From Candidatus Aenigmatarchaeota archaeon (GTDB lineage Archaea; Aenigmatarchaeota; Aenigmatarchaeia; GW2011-AR5): a stretch of 64,000 bases of DNA. This document shows, piece by piece, positions 26,254-35,096 of this stretch (position 1 is its first letter; every line of letters begins with the position of its first letter). Under the pieces are notes generated by a model. It saw nothing but the letters and a program-made list of their open reading frames with translations, did not search any database and had not been told where the DNA came from. The stretch covers positions 19,900-83,899 of the forward strand of contig JACPAG010000001.1 in assembly GCA_016180945.1 (NCBI GenBank). The letters are read 5' to 3'. A program made the translations under genes and the position numbers.

Positions 26254-27607
26254 CTCTGCTTATAGCGTCCTCGACTGTTTTAGAGAATTCTTTTTCTATC
26301 CTTTTAAATTCCTTTTCGTTCTCCGCCTCTATCGTCAGCCGGATTATAGGCGACGTGTTGGAAGCCCGTGCAAGAACCCATCCTTCCTTGAAATCCACGC
26401 GGACGCCATCCGTCGTATTGATTTTATATTTTTTGGAAAATTCCCTCTCCAAATTTTTTATAACCAGAAACTTTTTATCGTCCGCGCAGTCAAAATTCGT
26501 TCTCTTAAACGGATATTTAGGCACGGATCGTATCAGTTCGGATAATTTCCTGCCCATGTTTGATATAACGGCGGCTGCATAAAGGCTTATGCCGACAGCG
26601 TCGTCAAACGGGAACAGTTCCGGCAGCACGTAGTGCCCGGACGTTTCAATCCCAAGAACCGCCTTTCTTTTTGCAGCCTCCTTGACAATGTACGGGTGCC
26701 CTACCTGTATCCTGTGCACATTCGAAGAAAATTTTTCTGCTATCGTGTCTATTATTCTGGAGCATTCGATGTTGGCGACTATCGGCCTTTTCCCTTTTTC
26801 AAGAAGATGGCCAAGCAGAATATAAGCAATCTGTTCCGGCGTGGCCGTAGTGCCGGTATCGTCTACAAAAACCATCCTGTCGCCGTCGCCGTCAAATGCT
26901 ATGCCGAAGTCCTTGCCGGTAACGGCCTTCTTCAGCTTTGCAAGCGAGTCGTCACTCGGCTCCGAATTCCTGTTTGGAAAGGTGCCGTCCAGCTTTTCAA
27001 AAAGCACAGTGACATCAAAGCCGGCAGATTCAAAAAGCCCTTTGACGACCATGCCGGCCATGCCGTTGCCGCAATCCAGAACTATTTTCTTCTTTCTGCA
27101 TTTGATTTTCGATAACAGATAATTTTTATAGTCTGCAAGAACCTTTTCATTATCAATGCAGATTTGCCGGCCTTTGTCTTTCTTGCCCCTTGCTCTATCT
27201 CCTTTACCGCTTACTTTGGCGAAAATATCCCTTACTTCATAGTTTTCCTTATCGATAAACCCGCATCCGCTGGGATGGAAGAACTTTACTCCTGCCCACT
27301 CTTTAGGCAGGTGTGAAGCCGTCACGTAAGCCAGATATTTTCCGTTCTGCCACGCAAAGTATAAGGCCGTCCCAAGCGGCAGAAGTCCGAGAAAATAAAC
27401 ATTCCGGCCGCCTTTTCTTATCCCTTTGACCAGTGCGTCCATTATCCTTTCGCTGGAAAGCCTCATGTCCCGCGCGACGGCTATATCGCCTTTGATTTTC
27501 AAAGCCAGCGCAATTCCTATCCTTTCGGCTATGTTCTCATCTATGTCTTTTCCGTATATGCCTCGTATGTCATAGCTCCTGAAGATATGTGACATGAGTA
27601 TCAACAC
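26246..27607 (-). CDS. phosphoglucomutase/phosphomannomutase family protein
   Basis: Active-site loop VTASHLP, metal loop FDGDGDRMVFVD, sugar loop ETSGHYV. The start may be the Met at 27595. Confidence 0.9.
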   Translation of the reverse strand: MLILMSHIFRSYDIRGIYGKDIDENIAERIGIALALKIKGDIAVARDMRLSSERIMDALVKGIRKGGRNVYFLGLLPLGTALYFAWQNGKYLAYVTASHLPKEWAGVKFFHPSGCGFIDKENYEVRDIFAKVSGKGDRARGKKDKGRQICIDNEKVLADYKNYLLSKIKCRKKKIVLDCGNGMAGMVVKGLFESAGFDVTVLFEKLDGTFPNRNSEPSDDSLAKLKKAVTGKDFGIAFDGDGDRMVFVDDTGTTATPEQIAYILLGHLLEKGKRPIVANIECSRIIDTIAEKFSSNVHRIQVGHPYIVKEAAKRKAVLGIETSGHYVLPELFPFDDAVGISLYAAAVISNMGRKLSELIRSVPKYPFKRTNFDCADDKKFLVIKNLEREFSKKYKINTTDGVRVDFKEGWVLARASNTSPIIRLTIEAENEKEFKRIEKEFSKTVEDAISRGV

Positions 27608-27616
27608 AGATATTCT

Positions 27617-27731
27617 TCCGTCTTACATTCGGATAGAACGCCCAGACTTTAGAAGTCTGGGATGATATAGCGTTCTATCCGATGTCACAACCAGCCTCTA
27701 AAGAGGCTGGTTGTTGACTTTAGTAACGGAT
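27617..27731 (+). repeat. nested stem-loop element related to family S
   Basis: Outer stem ACATTCGGATAGAACGC / GCGTTCTATCCGATGT encloses CCCAGAC-TTTAGAA-GTCTGGG. It is followed by AACCAGCCTC-TAAA-GAGGCTGGTT. The loops share the CTAAAG/TTTAGA core seen in family S. Confidence 0.55.
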
Positions 27732-27834
27732 GAAAAACCTCTTATTTGTTTGGATTTTCCGGCATACCCCTCAATTTCGCTATGTTTAAAAGTGTTCAAA
27801 ACCAATTAATCTGAGTGATGACAATGTTTATAAA

Positions 27835-27921
27835 ATGGCACTCAACTTGCGTAGTAAGTAGAGGAGCGGAGCGACCAAACATTATAGTATGGCAATCGAC
27901 TTGCGGAGCAAGGGGATTATG
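27835..27921 (+). promoter_or_regulatory. degenerate + intact leader modules B in tandem in front of pepA
   Basis: 27835: ATGGCACTCAAC + CTTGC-GTA-GTAAG (decayed). 27889: ATGGCAATCGAC + CTTGC-GGA-GCAAG + GGGATT + ATG (27919). Confidence 0.7.
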
Positions 27922-29409
27922 AAGATAGACGTGGCTGTTAGTTCTTTGAAGCTGTTTAAAACCGACCTCCTTGCTGTCGGCGTTTTTGAGGATGAGCGCC
28001 TGAATGCAGACGCAAAAGCCGTTGATGCCATGCTGGCTGGCGAGTTATCAACAGTCCTCCGAAAGGAAGAGTTCAAAGCAGAATTCAAGCAGACGCGGCT
28101 TCTGTCAACTGGCAAAAACATCAGGAACGTTCTTCTCGTCGGCCTGGGAAAGAAAGACGAATATGATTTGGAAAGGCTGCGAAAAGTCTCGGCAACGGCA
28201 GCCAAAGCCGCCAGGAATAACCGGATAAAATCATTTTCGACCATTCTCCATAGAATTGAAATTAAAAATCGTTCTGTTGCGGAGAGAGCGCAGGCCATAG
28301 CTGAAGCAACCGTTCTCGGCCTGTACAAATTCAACAAATACAAGACAGAGAAAACAGATTTCGTGGTCGAGTCGCTGGCTGTCCTGGAAGAAGACAGGCG
28401 TAACGTAAAAGCCATAGAAGGCGCTGTTAGGTCAGGCCACGTGATAGCGGATGCAACAAACTATGCCCGCGATCTTGTCAACAGCCCTGCGTGTTTTGTA
28501 ACGCCGTCAGCCTTGGCGGAAGAAGCCAGACGCATAGCGCGGGAAAACAATCTTAAAGCCCAAGTCTTCGGCCGCGAGGAAATCAAAAGCATGGGCATGA
28601 ACGCGTTGTTGGGCGTCAGCAAGGGCAGCGAGCAGGAACCGAAATTTATAATTTTAGAGTATAATCCAACAGCAAAAGAAAAAATCGCCGTCGTCGGAAA
28701 GGGCATTACGTTCGATTCAGGCGGGATGGACCTGAAGCCTCCGGCATACATGGAGGACATGAAATTGGACAAGGCAGGCGCGGCAGCCGTGCTCGGCATA
28801 ATGCAACTTGCAGCAAAATTAAGGCTTCCGTTGCACGTCATCGGTGCTATGCCGGCAACAGAGAACATGCCAGGCGGCGCGGCCCAGAAGCCTGGCGATG
28901 TCGTAACTGCTTATAACAAAAAAACCATAGAAATCATCAACACAGACGCGGAAGGTAGACTAGTTCTGGCCGACGCGATAAGTTATGTTGAAAAAAACTA
29001 CAAGCCGTCTGCAATAATTGATTTGGCAACGTTGACAGGCGCATGCATCATCGCCTTGGGTTATCATGCAGCCGGCATATTCGGCAGCGAAAATCTGCTG
29101 GAAAAATTAAAAGCCGCCGGCAACGAATCTTTTGAGCGCGTCTGGCCGCTGCCCCTGTGGCAGGAGCACAAAGAAACAGTCAAAGGCGAGCTTGCAGACG
29201 TGAAAAACGCCACTAAAGCCGGCGTGGCAGACGCAGGCGCAATCAACGGCGCGGCATTTTTGTCCAACTTCGTCGAGAAAACGCCTTGGGCCCACATCGA
29301 CATAGCAGGCACTGCGTGGAGCCCGGAAGAGCGCGAATACGTTCCAAAGGCGGCAACTGGTTACGGAGTCCGCCTCATAACGCAGCTTCTGATGGACTGG
29401 AAGAAATAG
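27919..29409 (+). CDS. pepA: leucyl aminopeptidase (M17)
   Basis: VGKGITFDSGG and NTDAEGRLVLAD signatures. The first 10 ORF-track residues belong to the leader module. Confidence 0.92.
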   Translation: MKIDVAVSSLKLFKTDLLAVGVFEDERLNADAKAVDAMLAGELSTVLRKEEFKAEFKQTRLLSTGKNIRNVLLVGLGKKDEYDLERLRKVSATAAKAARNNRIKSFSTILHRIEIKNRSVAERAQAIAEATVLGLYKFNKYKTEKTDFVVESLAVLEEDRRNVKAIEGAVRSGHVIADATNYARDLVNSPACFVTPSALAEEARRIARENNLKAQVFGREEIKSMGMNALLGVSKGSEQEPKFIILEYNPTAKEKIAVVGKGITFDSGGMDLKPPAYMEDMKLDKAGAAAVLGIMQLAAKLRLPLHVIGAMPATENMPGGAAQKPGDVVTAYNKKTIEIINTDAEGRLVLADAISYVEKNYKPSAIIDLATLTGACIIALGYHAAGIFGSENLLEKLKAAGNESFERVWPLPLWQEHKETVKGELADVKNATKAGVADAGAINGAAFLSNFVEKTPWAHIDIAGTAWSPEEREYVPKAATGYGVRLITQLLMDWKK

Positions 29410-29588
29410 GTGACTACAAAATCCAAAAATGTAGTCACCCAGTAAAGTAGTTGCATCAGAACATCGGATTCTTACGCATAAAGGCTCATCATCAAATTGG
29501 CCAGAAATTCTTCTTACCATTCAATTACTTCAGAAAAACTGCGGACGTAAAAATTGTTGCATTCAGATGTCCATGCTGATCCGCATAC

Positions 29589-30083
29589 TTAGTTCAGCAT
29601 CCACACAGAATAATTAAGCATTGCCGCGAAGCTCACCCACAATATGTACGGCACCAGCAGAATAGCGGCTGTTCTTGAGATGCGGTTGAAGTAGAATATC
29701 GTCGCTGCGACAGCGACCCATAGCGCGGTTATCTCGATCACGGCAAGGTAAGGCGAACGCAGACCGAAGAACAACAAGGACCATAATACATTCAGCAACA
29801 GTTGTATGCCGTATACAGCCAGCGCGTCTTTTTTCGTAACAAATCCGCTTTTCTTTTTCCCCTTACTTTTTGCATCCCAGACAAGCGCAGCGGCAACGCC
29901 CATTAACGCGTACAGAATTGTCCATGCCGGCCCAAAAATCCAGTTCGGCGGGCTGAAGAACGGCTTGTTTAGCCCGGCATACCACGTTCCGATGGCAGAA
30001 AACGTGAATAACGAACCGATAATGCCAGCACCTTCGGCGATGAAGATTGAGACGATTGCTTTCTGCAGAAGAGAAAGTCGCAT
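29589..30083 (-). CDS. tspO: TspO/MBR tryptophan-rich sensory protein
   Basis: 164 aa, 5 TM. WYAGLNKPFFSPPNWIFGPAWTILYALMG ... LLLNVLWSLLFF. Confidence 0.85.
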   Translation of the reverse strand: MRLSLLQKAIVSIFIAEGAGIIGSLFTFSAIGTWYAGLNKPFFSPPNWIFGPAWTILYALMGVAAALVWDAKSKGKKKSGFVTKKDALAVYGIQLLLNVLWSLLFFGLRSPYLAVIEITALWVAVAATIFYFNRISRTAAILLVPYILWVSFAAMLNYSVWMLN

Positions 30084-30142
30084 ATAAATAGATGGGAAAG
30101 GCGGAATTTAAGGGTTTCGTTATTTTGCCAACCAACGTTGTG

Positions 30143-30733
30143 TTACGCCCTTACAGAAGCGTAGACTACAAAAATAAGCACTACCGCAAAGGCAGCCATG
30201 GCTAATAAAACATTATCTGCAAGAGGCGAAAGCGAATAAATAACGGACATAACTATAAACATTGCAACAGAACCAAATAACGTTCTCTTTAGACTGTTTT
30301 TAACATCTTCATTTTTAGCATCCTGCCATGACAGCCCGCATCTGATCATACTTGCTATCATGGCGGTTGCGCCAAGCGCCGCCCATGCCTGGATAGCGCC
30401 TACAAACAGCACTGCCAGAATGCCAAAAAACGATATCGCAAAATCGGATAAGAAATGCCAGAAACTCCGCGATGGCAGGAATTGAATAAATAATTCAGCG
30501 TATCTCCACCAAAATCTAAGCATCAGCAGAAAGGATGCCCCGTAAAGCAGAAATGCCTGTGTGCTGTTTAATACCCCGGAAGCGGCTGCGTAGATGAATA
30601 TTGACAGTACAACACCGAACGTTAAGCTTGCAACGCCCGTCCCCAATTGCCGCAAATACGTTTCGTTTACCATTTTCCTATCACTTTTTATTAAATATAC
30701 CACTTTATTTAAATATTCATTTTCGTTCCGCAC
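30143..30733 (-). CDS. integral membrane protein
   Basis: 196 aa, about 6 TM. No family recognised. Confidence 0.6.
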   Translation of the reverse strand: MRNENEYLNKVVYLIKSDRKMVNETYLRQLGTGVASLTFGVVLSIFIYAAASGVLNSTQAFLLYGASFLLMLRFWWRYAELFIQFLPSRSFWHFLSDFAISFFGILAVLFVGAIQAWAALGATAMIASMIRCGLSWQDAKNEDVKNSLKRTLFGSVAMFIVMSVIYSLSPLADNVLLAMAAFAVVLIFVVYASVRA

Positions 30734-30836
30734 CGCACTCAGGGCATCTCACGAACTGATAGCGGGCTTTGAAGGAGCGGGGGGGGGCAGGCGACTTCAA
30801 CAAAGCTGTAACAAATACGGACTTAAACCAGTTTAA

Positions 30837-30916
30837 ATATACTTATTAGTATTATACTATTAGGTAACTATATAAAGCGATTAATATTTATATACTTATT
30901 GGTATATTACTATTAG
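30837..30916 (+). repeat. two 27-bp direct repeats at the left edge of the R-M island
   Basis: ATATACTTATTAGTATTATACTATTAG (30837-30863) and ATATACTTATTGGTATATTACTATTAG (30890-30916). The second ends 1 nt before the ATG at 30918. Confidence 0.7.
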
Positions 30917-30917
30917 T

Positions 30918-31052
30918 ATGGCACTTATAAAGATTTTAGGGTATAGGTGTGAAAGATGCTATCATGAAGGGACACCACGAAACGAAGAATTACCAAGAGT
31001 GTGTCCTAAGTGCAAGAGCCCGTATTGGAATGTACCAAAAAAGAAAAAATAA
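30918..31052 (+). CDS. 44-aa zinc-ribbon protein
   Basis: MALIKILGYRCERCYHEGTPRNEELPRVCPKCKSPYWNVPKKKK has two CxxC pairs. An AT-rich TATA-like tract (ATATTTATATA, 30883-30893) lies about 25-35 nt upstream, consistent with a leaderless mRNA. Confidence 0.5.
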   Translation: MALIKILGYRCERCYHEGTPRNEELPRVCPKCKSPYWNVPKKKK

Positions 31053-31120
31053 AGTGTTTTTATGTGTAAATGTAGAGCATGCGGCAGATATATGTATAGC
31101 AAAAGTAAAGGGGTGATTGT

Positions 31121-32026
31121 ATGAAGAAACAGAATGGAACAGAAACAAGCTCATTTGGGACAAGCGGAAGATTCAATCACGATTCTTCTAAATTTTATTC
31201 AAGCAAGATGTACTCTGATACTTCTAAATCAAAATTAGACCACTCTCAAGAAAATCCTATTTCAGAAAAAATTATCAATAAAATATTCTGCAAATCAAGC
31301 GAAAAAATGGAAGAATTACCAGATAATAGCATTCATTTAATGATAACATCACCACCTTATAACGTAGGCAAAGAATATGATGAGAACCTTTCTATTGAAG
31401 ATTACAGAAGTTTACTAAAATCTGTAGTCAAAGAAGTACACAGAGTTCTTGTTGTCGGTGGTAGAGCATGCATTAATGTGGCGAATCTTGGAAGAAAACC
31501 ATACATTCCACTTCATAGTTTCATAATTGAAGATATGCTAAATCTAGGGTTTTTTATGCGTGGCGAAATTATTTGGAATAAGGGTTCAAGTGCTGGAACT
31601 TCCATGGCTTGGGGGAGTTGGTTATCGGCAACAAACCCTACCTTAAGAGATATACATGAATACATACTGATTTTTTCAAAAGGTAATAATGGACGTTTAA
31701 ATTTAGATAAAAAAGAAAGCACAATAACAAAAGAAGAATTTATGGAATTTACAAAAAGTGTTTGGTCTTTCCCTACTCAATCTGCACGGGCGGTAGGGCA
31801 TCCTGCACCATTCCCAATAGAATTACCATTGAGATTAATCAAGTTCTATACATTCAAAGGTGATGTGGTTTTAGACCCATTCGTGGGTAGTGGAACAACT
31901 GCGATAGCTGCCAGAAAATTAGAAAGGAAATATGTTGGATACGACATAAGCAAAGAATATTGCAAACTTGCAGAAACACGAATTAAAAAGGAATTTGCAC
32001 AGAAAACTCTCAGGGTTGCTGTCTAA
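31121..32026 (+). CDS. beta-class DNA methyltransferase (N4-cytosine or N6-adenine)
   Basis: Motif IV SPPY (LMITSPPYNVGKEYD) precedes motif I (LDPFVGSGTTAIAA). This order defines the beta class; SPPY is more typical of m4C enzymes. Confidence 0.88.
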   Translation: MKKQNGTETSSFGTSGRFNHDSSKFYSSKMYSDTSKSKLDHSQENPISEKIINKIFCKSSEKMEELPDNSIHLMITSPPYNVGKEYDENLSIEDYRSLLKSVVKEVHRVLVVGGRACINVANLGRKPYIPLHSFIIEDMLNLGFFMRGEIIWNKGSSAGTSMAWGSWLSATNPTLRDIHEYILIFSKGNNGRLNLDKKESTITKEEFMEFTKSVWSFPTQSARAVGHPAPFPIELPLRLIKFYTFKGDVVLDPFVGSGTTAIAARKLERKYVGYDISKEYCKLAETRIKKEFAQKTLRVAV

Positions 32027-32652
32027 TCATTCCACCTATCAACCCATCTTTTGTAAACATCATATTTTATGTCATCCTTGACCCAATTGATTGAGATTTT
32101 CAATGTTTCTTCATGCTCTATCATTTGTTTGATTGCTTCTTTGCTAAATTCAACACCTCTTGGATTCGTTCCTGCTTTTGGCATTTTGAGATATTTCTTA
32201 CGTCCTAACAGGTTAAATATCTCTTTCTGAACTTTAATCGGTATTAGGAAAAAACTGTCTTTATTTTTGCTCCACCATACTTGAACAAGAATAATATCAC
32301 ATTTCGGGTTGTAATTTTTGATAAATTTTCTTGAACTTTTTGCATCCACAGTCCAAACGGCTTTGACGCCACCATTTCCTGTTATCGTCTTTATCGATAC
32401 CCCTTTTCCATTAACTTTTACATCTATTTCTGGCTCTGTTGTTGGTATATCTGTGTCGACATTTTCTTCTCCAAATTTATGTATAAGTAGACCACCGATA
32501 ATCTTTTCTCTTAAAGAACCGACTTCCATACCGATTTTATTAGCCCTTGAACTCTCAATTTCGGCTATTCTGAACAATTTTGGTAATTTATTCTGAATCT
32601 TTGATTTGGTAAAGTTGTCTATGAAGAGTTTAGTCAAATTTGCTTCTGACAT
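32023..32652 (-). CDS. putative type II restriction endonuclease (PD-(D/E)xK-like)
   Basis: Convergent with the methyltransferase with a 4-nt overlap. Candidate catalytic stretch TEPEIDVKVNGKGVSIKT. Very AT-rich. Confidence 0.55.
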   Translation of the reverse strand: MSEANLTKLFIDNFTKSKIQNKLPKLFRIAEIESSRANKIGMEVGSLREKIIGGLLIHKFGEENVDTDIPTTEPEIDVKVNGKGVSIKTITGNGGVKAVWTVDAKSSRKFIKNYNPKCDIILVQVWWSKNKDSFFLIPIKVQKEIFNLLGRKKYLKMPKAGTNPRGVEFSKEAIKQMIEHEETLKISINWVKDDIKYDVYKRWVDRWND

Positions 32653-32753
32653 AAATTTTATTAATTTTTAGCGCTTAAATACCAACCAAAGAGTTTACAG
32701 AACCATTTTTAGTAAAAAGTAATGTTTAAAAATTCTGTTAACTATTAAAAATA

Positions 32754-34076
32754 ATGAAAAAGAACATCGATATTAACCAATTAATGGTAAATCCAAAAAA
32801 CTATCGTTTCGATCCGGTAGAAAATCAAAATGAAGCAATTGACTTGATGCTCGAAGAAAAGGAAGAAGAAATACTAAATTTGGCTAAACATATAGTAGAT
32901 CATGGACTAGATAAGGCAAAAGATTCTAGAGTCTTAGAAATAAAGAAAGACCTCTATCTTGTTCTTGATGGGAACAGAAGAGTAACAGCAATTAAATGCA
33001 CAACAGATCCTTCTTTAATAAAAAGTGATTCATTAAAAAGCAAATTTATCAATTTGAGAAAAGGGAAAGGAAAAATTCCAAATAAAGTTAATTGTTTCGT
33101 GTATAAAGATGAAAAAGATGCGGCAGAATGGATTAAACTTGATCATACTGGAAAGAATAGTGGAGTAGGTCAAGATCCTTGGGAAGCTGCGGGAAAGGAA
33201 AGGTTCGATTGGGATTTTGGCGGAAAACTTTCTCCTGCTATGCAGGCAATTAACCTATTTGAACATGAAACTAAACACGGGCTTAATAAGAAAAAACTTA
33301 AAATTTCTACCGTCAATCGTATAATTTCTAACCCAGAGTCTCGATCGTTTTTGGGGATAGAAATAAGTAATGGAGGAATCGTTTTAACTTCAACAAAGAG
33401 AGAGGTAATTGAGAGGTTAGACAAACTTTTCAATAAAATTATAATAGACGATGTTCCAGTTTCAGCTGTGTACCGCACTCCAGATGCAATTAAATTCATG
33501 GAAAATCTTTTTGGGTCTAAGCCTAAAATTGCCAGAACAAAAATATCTATTTCTCCAAAAGGAATTCCAAAAAAGAAAAGTAGGTCAAAGCGTACTTTTC
33601 CTAGATCTGGTAGCAGAAATTTTTTAATACCCGCAAGTTGTATTTTGCAAATTTATGAATCTAGAATTAATAACATATATCATGAATTAAGATCTTTGCC
33701 CTTAGATGTGGGAACCAATGCAGTAGCGGTTTTGTTTAGAGTTTTTTTAGAAACTGGTCTAGATCACTATGCTGAAAAATTTGGGTTTGCTTTTGGAACT
33801 AATTTTGGAACTAAAATAAAACTTGCAGGAAAAATTACAAAAATAACTGATGATTTAGAGAAAAGGGGTTATAAAAAAACTCAATTAAATAACATTAGAT
33901 CTGTAACGAGAAAAGGTAATGCAATCCTGTCAATTGATTACTTCCACGAATACGTACATTCTTTTAAAAACAACCCCACACCTATTGATCTAATATATAA
34001 ATGGGATAATCTTCAGGAATTTTTCGAAATACTTTGGGAAGAGATTTCAAAAAAAGAAAAAAGAGGCAAAAAATGA
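32754..34076 (+). CDS. ParB N-terminal (ParB/Srx-fold) domain protein with large uncharacterised C-terminal region
   Basis: IDINQLMVNPKNYRFD and LVLDGNRRVTAIK match the ParB-N boxes. The remaining ~330 aa are unassigned. The stop overlaps the next ATG (ATGA). Confidence 0.7.
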   Translation: MKKNIDINQLMVNPKNYRFDPVENQNEAIDLMLEEKEEEILNLAKHIVDHGLDKAKDSRVLEIKKDLYLVLDGNRRVTAIKCTTDPSLIKSDSLKSKFINLRKGKGKIPNKVNCFVYKDEKDAAEWIKLDHTGKNSGVGQDPWEAAGKERFDWDFGGKLSPAMQAINLFEHETKHGLNKKKLKISTVNRIISNPESRSFLGIEISNGGIVLTSTKREVIERLDKLFNKIIIDDVPVSAVYRTPDAIKFMENLFGSKPKIARTKISISPKGIPKKKSRSKRTFPRSGSRNFLIPASCILQIYESRINNIYHELRSLPLDVGTNAVAVLFRVFLETGLDHYAEKFGFAFGTNFGTKIKLAGKITKITDDLEKRGYKKTQLNNIRSVTRKGNAILSIDYFHEYVHSFKNNPTPIDLIYKWDNLQEFFEILWEEISKKEKRGKK

Positions 34077-34924
34077 AATACTATTCGCCGCTTAGATATC
34101 CAGGAGGAAAAGGAAAAATAACGTCCTATATGAAAGAAATAATTAAAAAAAATTCTTTGGTGGGGGGTATCTATGTTGAACCTTATGCGGGTGGAGCCGC
34201 AGTAGCCATTTCACTTCTACTGGATGAGTATGTAGATAAAATCATTATAAATGACATAGATTATTCGATATATGCATTTTGGTATTCTATGATAAATAAA
34301 ACTAAAGAACTTTGTCAATTAATAGAAAAAACGCCTATAACAATAACAGAATGGAAAAAACAAAAGAAAATTCAATCTATAAAGAATTGTGATTTACTCA
34401 CTTTAGGATTTTCTACATTATTTCTGAATCGAACAAATAGATCTGGAATATTAAAAAATGCAGGACCAATAGGTGGGTTTGAACAAAAAGGAAAGTGGAA
34501 ACTAAATGTTAGATATAGCAAATCTGACATTATAGAACGCATCAAACGTATTAGTCTTTATAAAAATCGTATTGAGATATATAATTACGATGCAATTGAA
34601 TTAATTAAAACTATTAACAAGTCATTACCTTCGAATACTTTGATATATTTTGATCCTCCTTATTATATGAAAGGCAAAGAATTGTACTTTAATTATTACA
34701 GACGTAAGAATCATGAAGAAATAAGTAATAAAATAAAGAAAATTAATAAACATAGATGGATTGTTACATACGATAATGTAGCATCGATAAGAAAGTTATA
34801 CAAATTGTATAGGAAGAAAAAATTCTTGCTTAATTATAGTGCAGGTAGATCTAATAGAGGTGAGGAAGTTATGATTTTTTCAAATAACATTAATGTTGTC
34901 GGCCGCCGTATATTGGATAGATAA
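34073..34924 (+). CDS. Dam-family (D12 class) N6-adenine DNA methyltransferase
   Basis: MKYYSPLRYPGGKGKI N-terminus (motif X/I region) and IYFDPPYY motif IV. Confidence 0.88.
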   Translation: MKYYSPLRYPGGKGKITSYMKEIIKKNSLVGGIYVEPYAGGAAVAISLLLDEYVDKIIINDIDYSIYAFWYSMINKTKELCQLIEKTPITITEWKKQKKIQSIKNCDLLTLGFSTLFLNRTNRSGILKNAGPIGGFEQKGKWKLNVRYSKSDIIERIKRISLYKNRIEIYNYDAIELIKTINKSLPSNTLIYFDPPYYMKGKELYFNYYRRKNHEEISNKIKKINKHRWIVTYDNVASIRKLYKLYRKKKFLLNYSAGRSNRGEEVMIFSNNINVVGRRILDR

Positions 34925-35096
34925 AAGAAGTTTAGAAATTTCCCGGCAGACTCACGAATTAGGACATCCATCTACAAGACCATCTTCCTGAATTTGCGCT
35001 TTTTTTCCAGCTTTTTATACTGCCTGTCAAGGAATTCCTCGAATGTCATGCCACACCATCTTCCCCAAATCCTTGTAGTATTATATATTATTTTTA

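Noticed and set aside
27655-27672. Box C/D sRNA guess from GGATGATA (also GGGATGATT ... TCAGAAGATGACC at 36178-36211)
   Set aside because: No proper RUGAUGA/CUGA box pairs at the right spacing and no terminal stem.
29409-29439. 9-bp hairpin GGTGACTAC...GTAGTCACC right after the pepA stop as a terminator
   Set aside because: Archaeal termination relies mainly on T-tracts, and none follows the hairpin. Kept only as a note.
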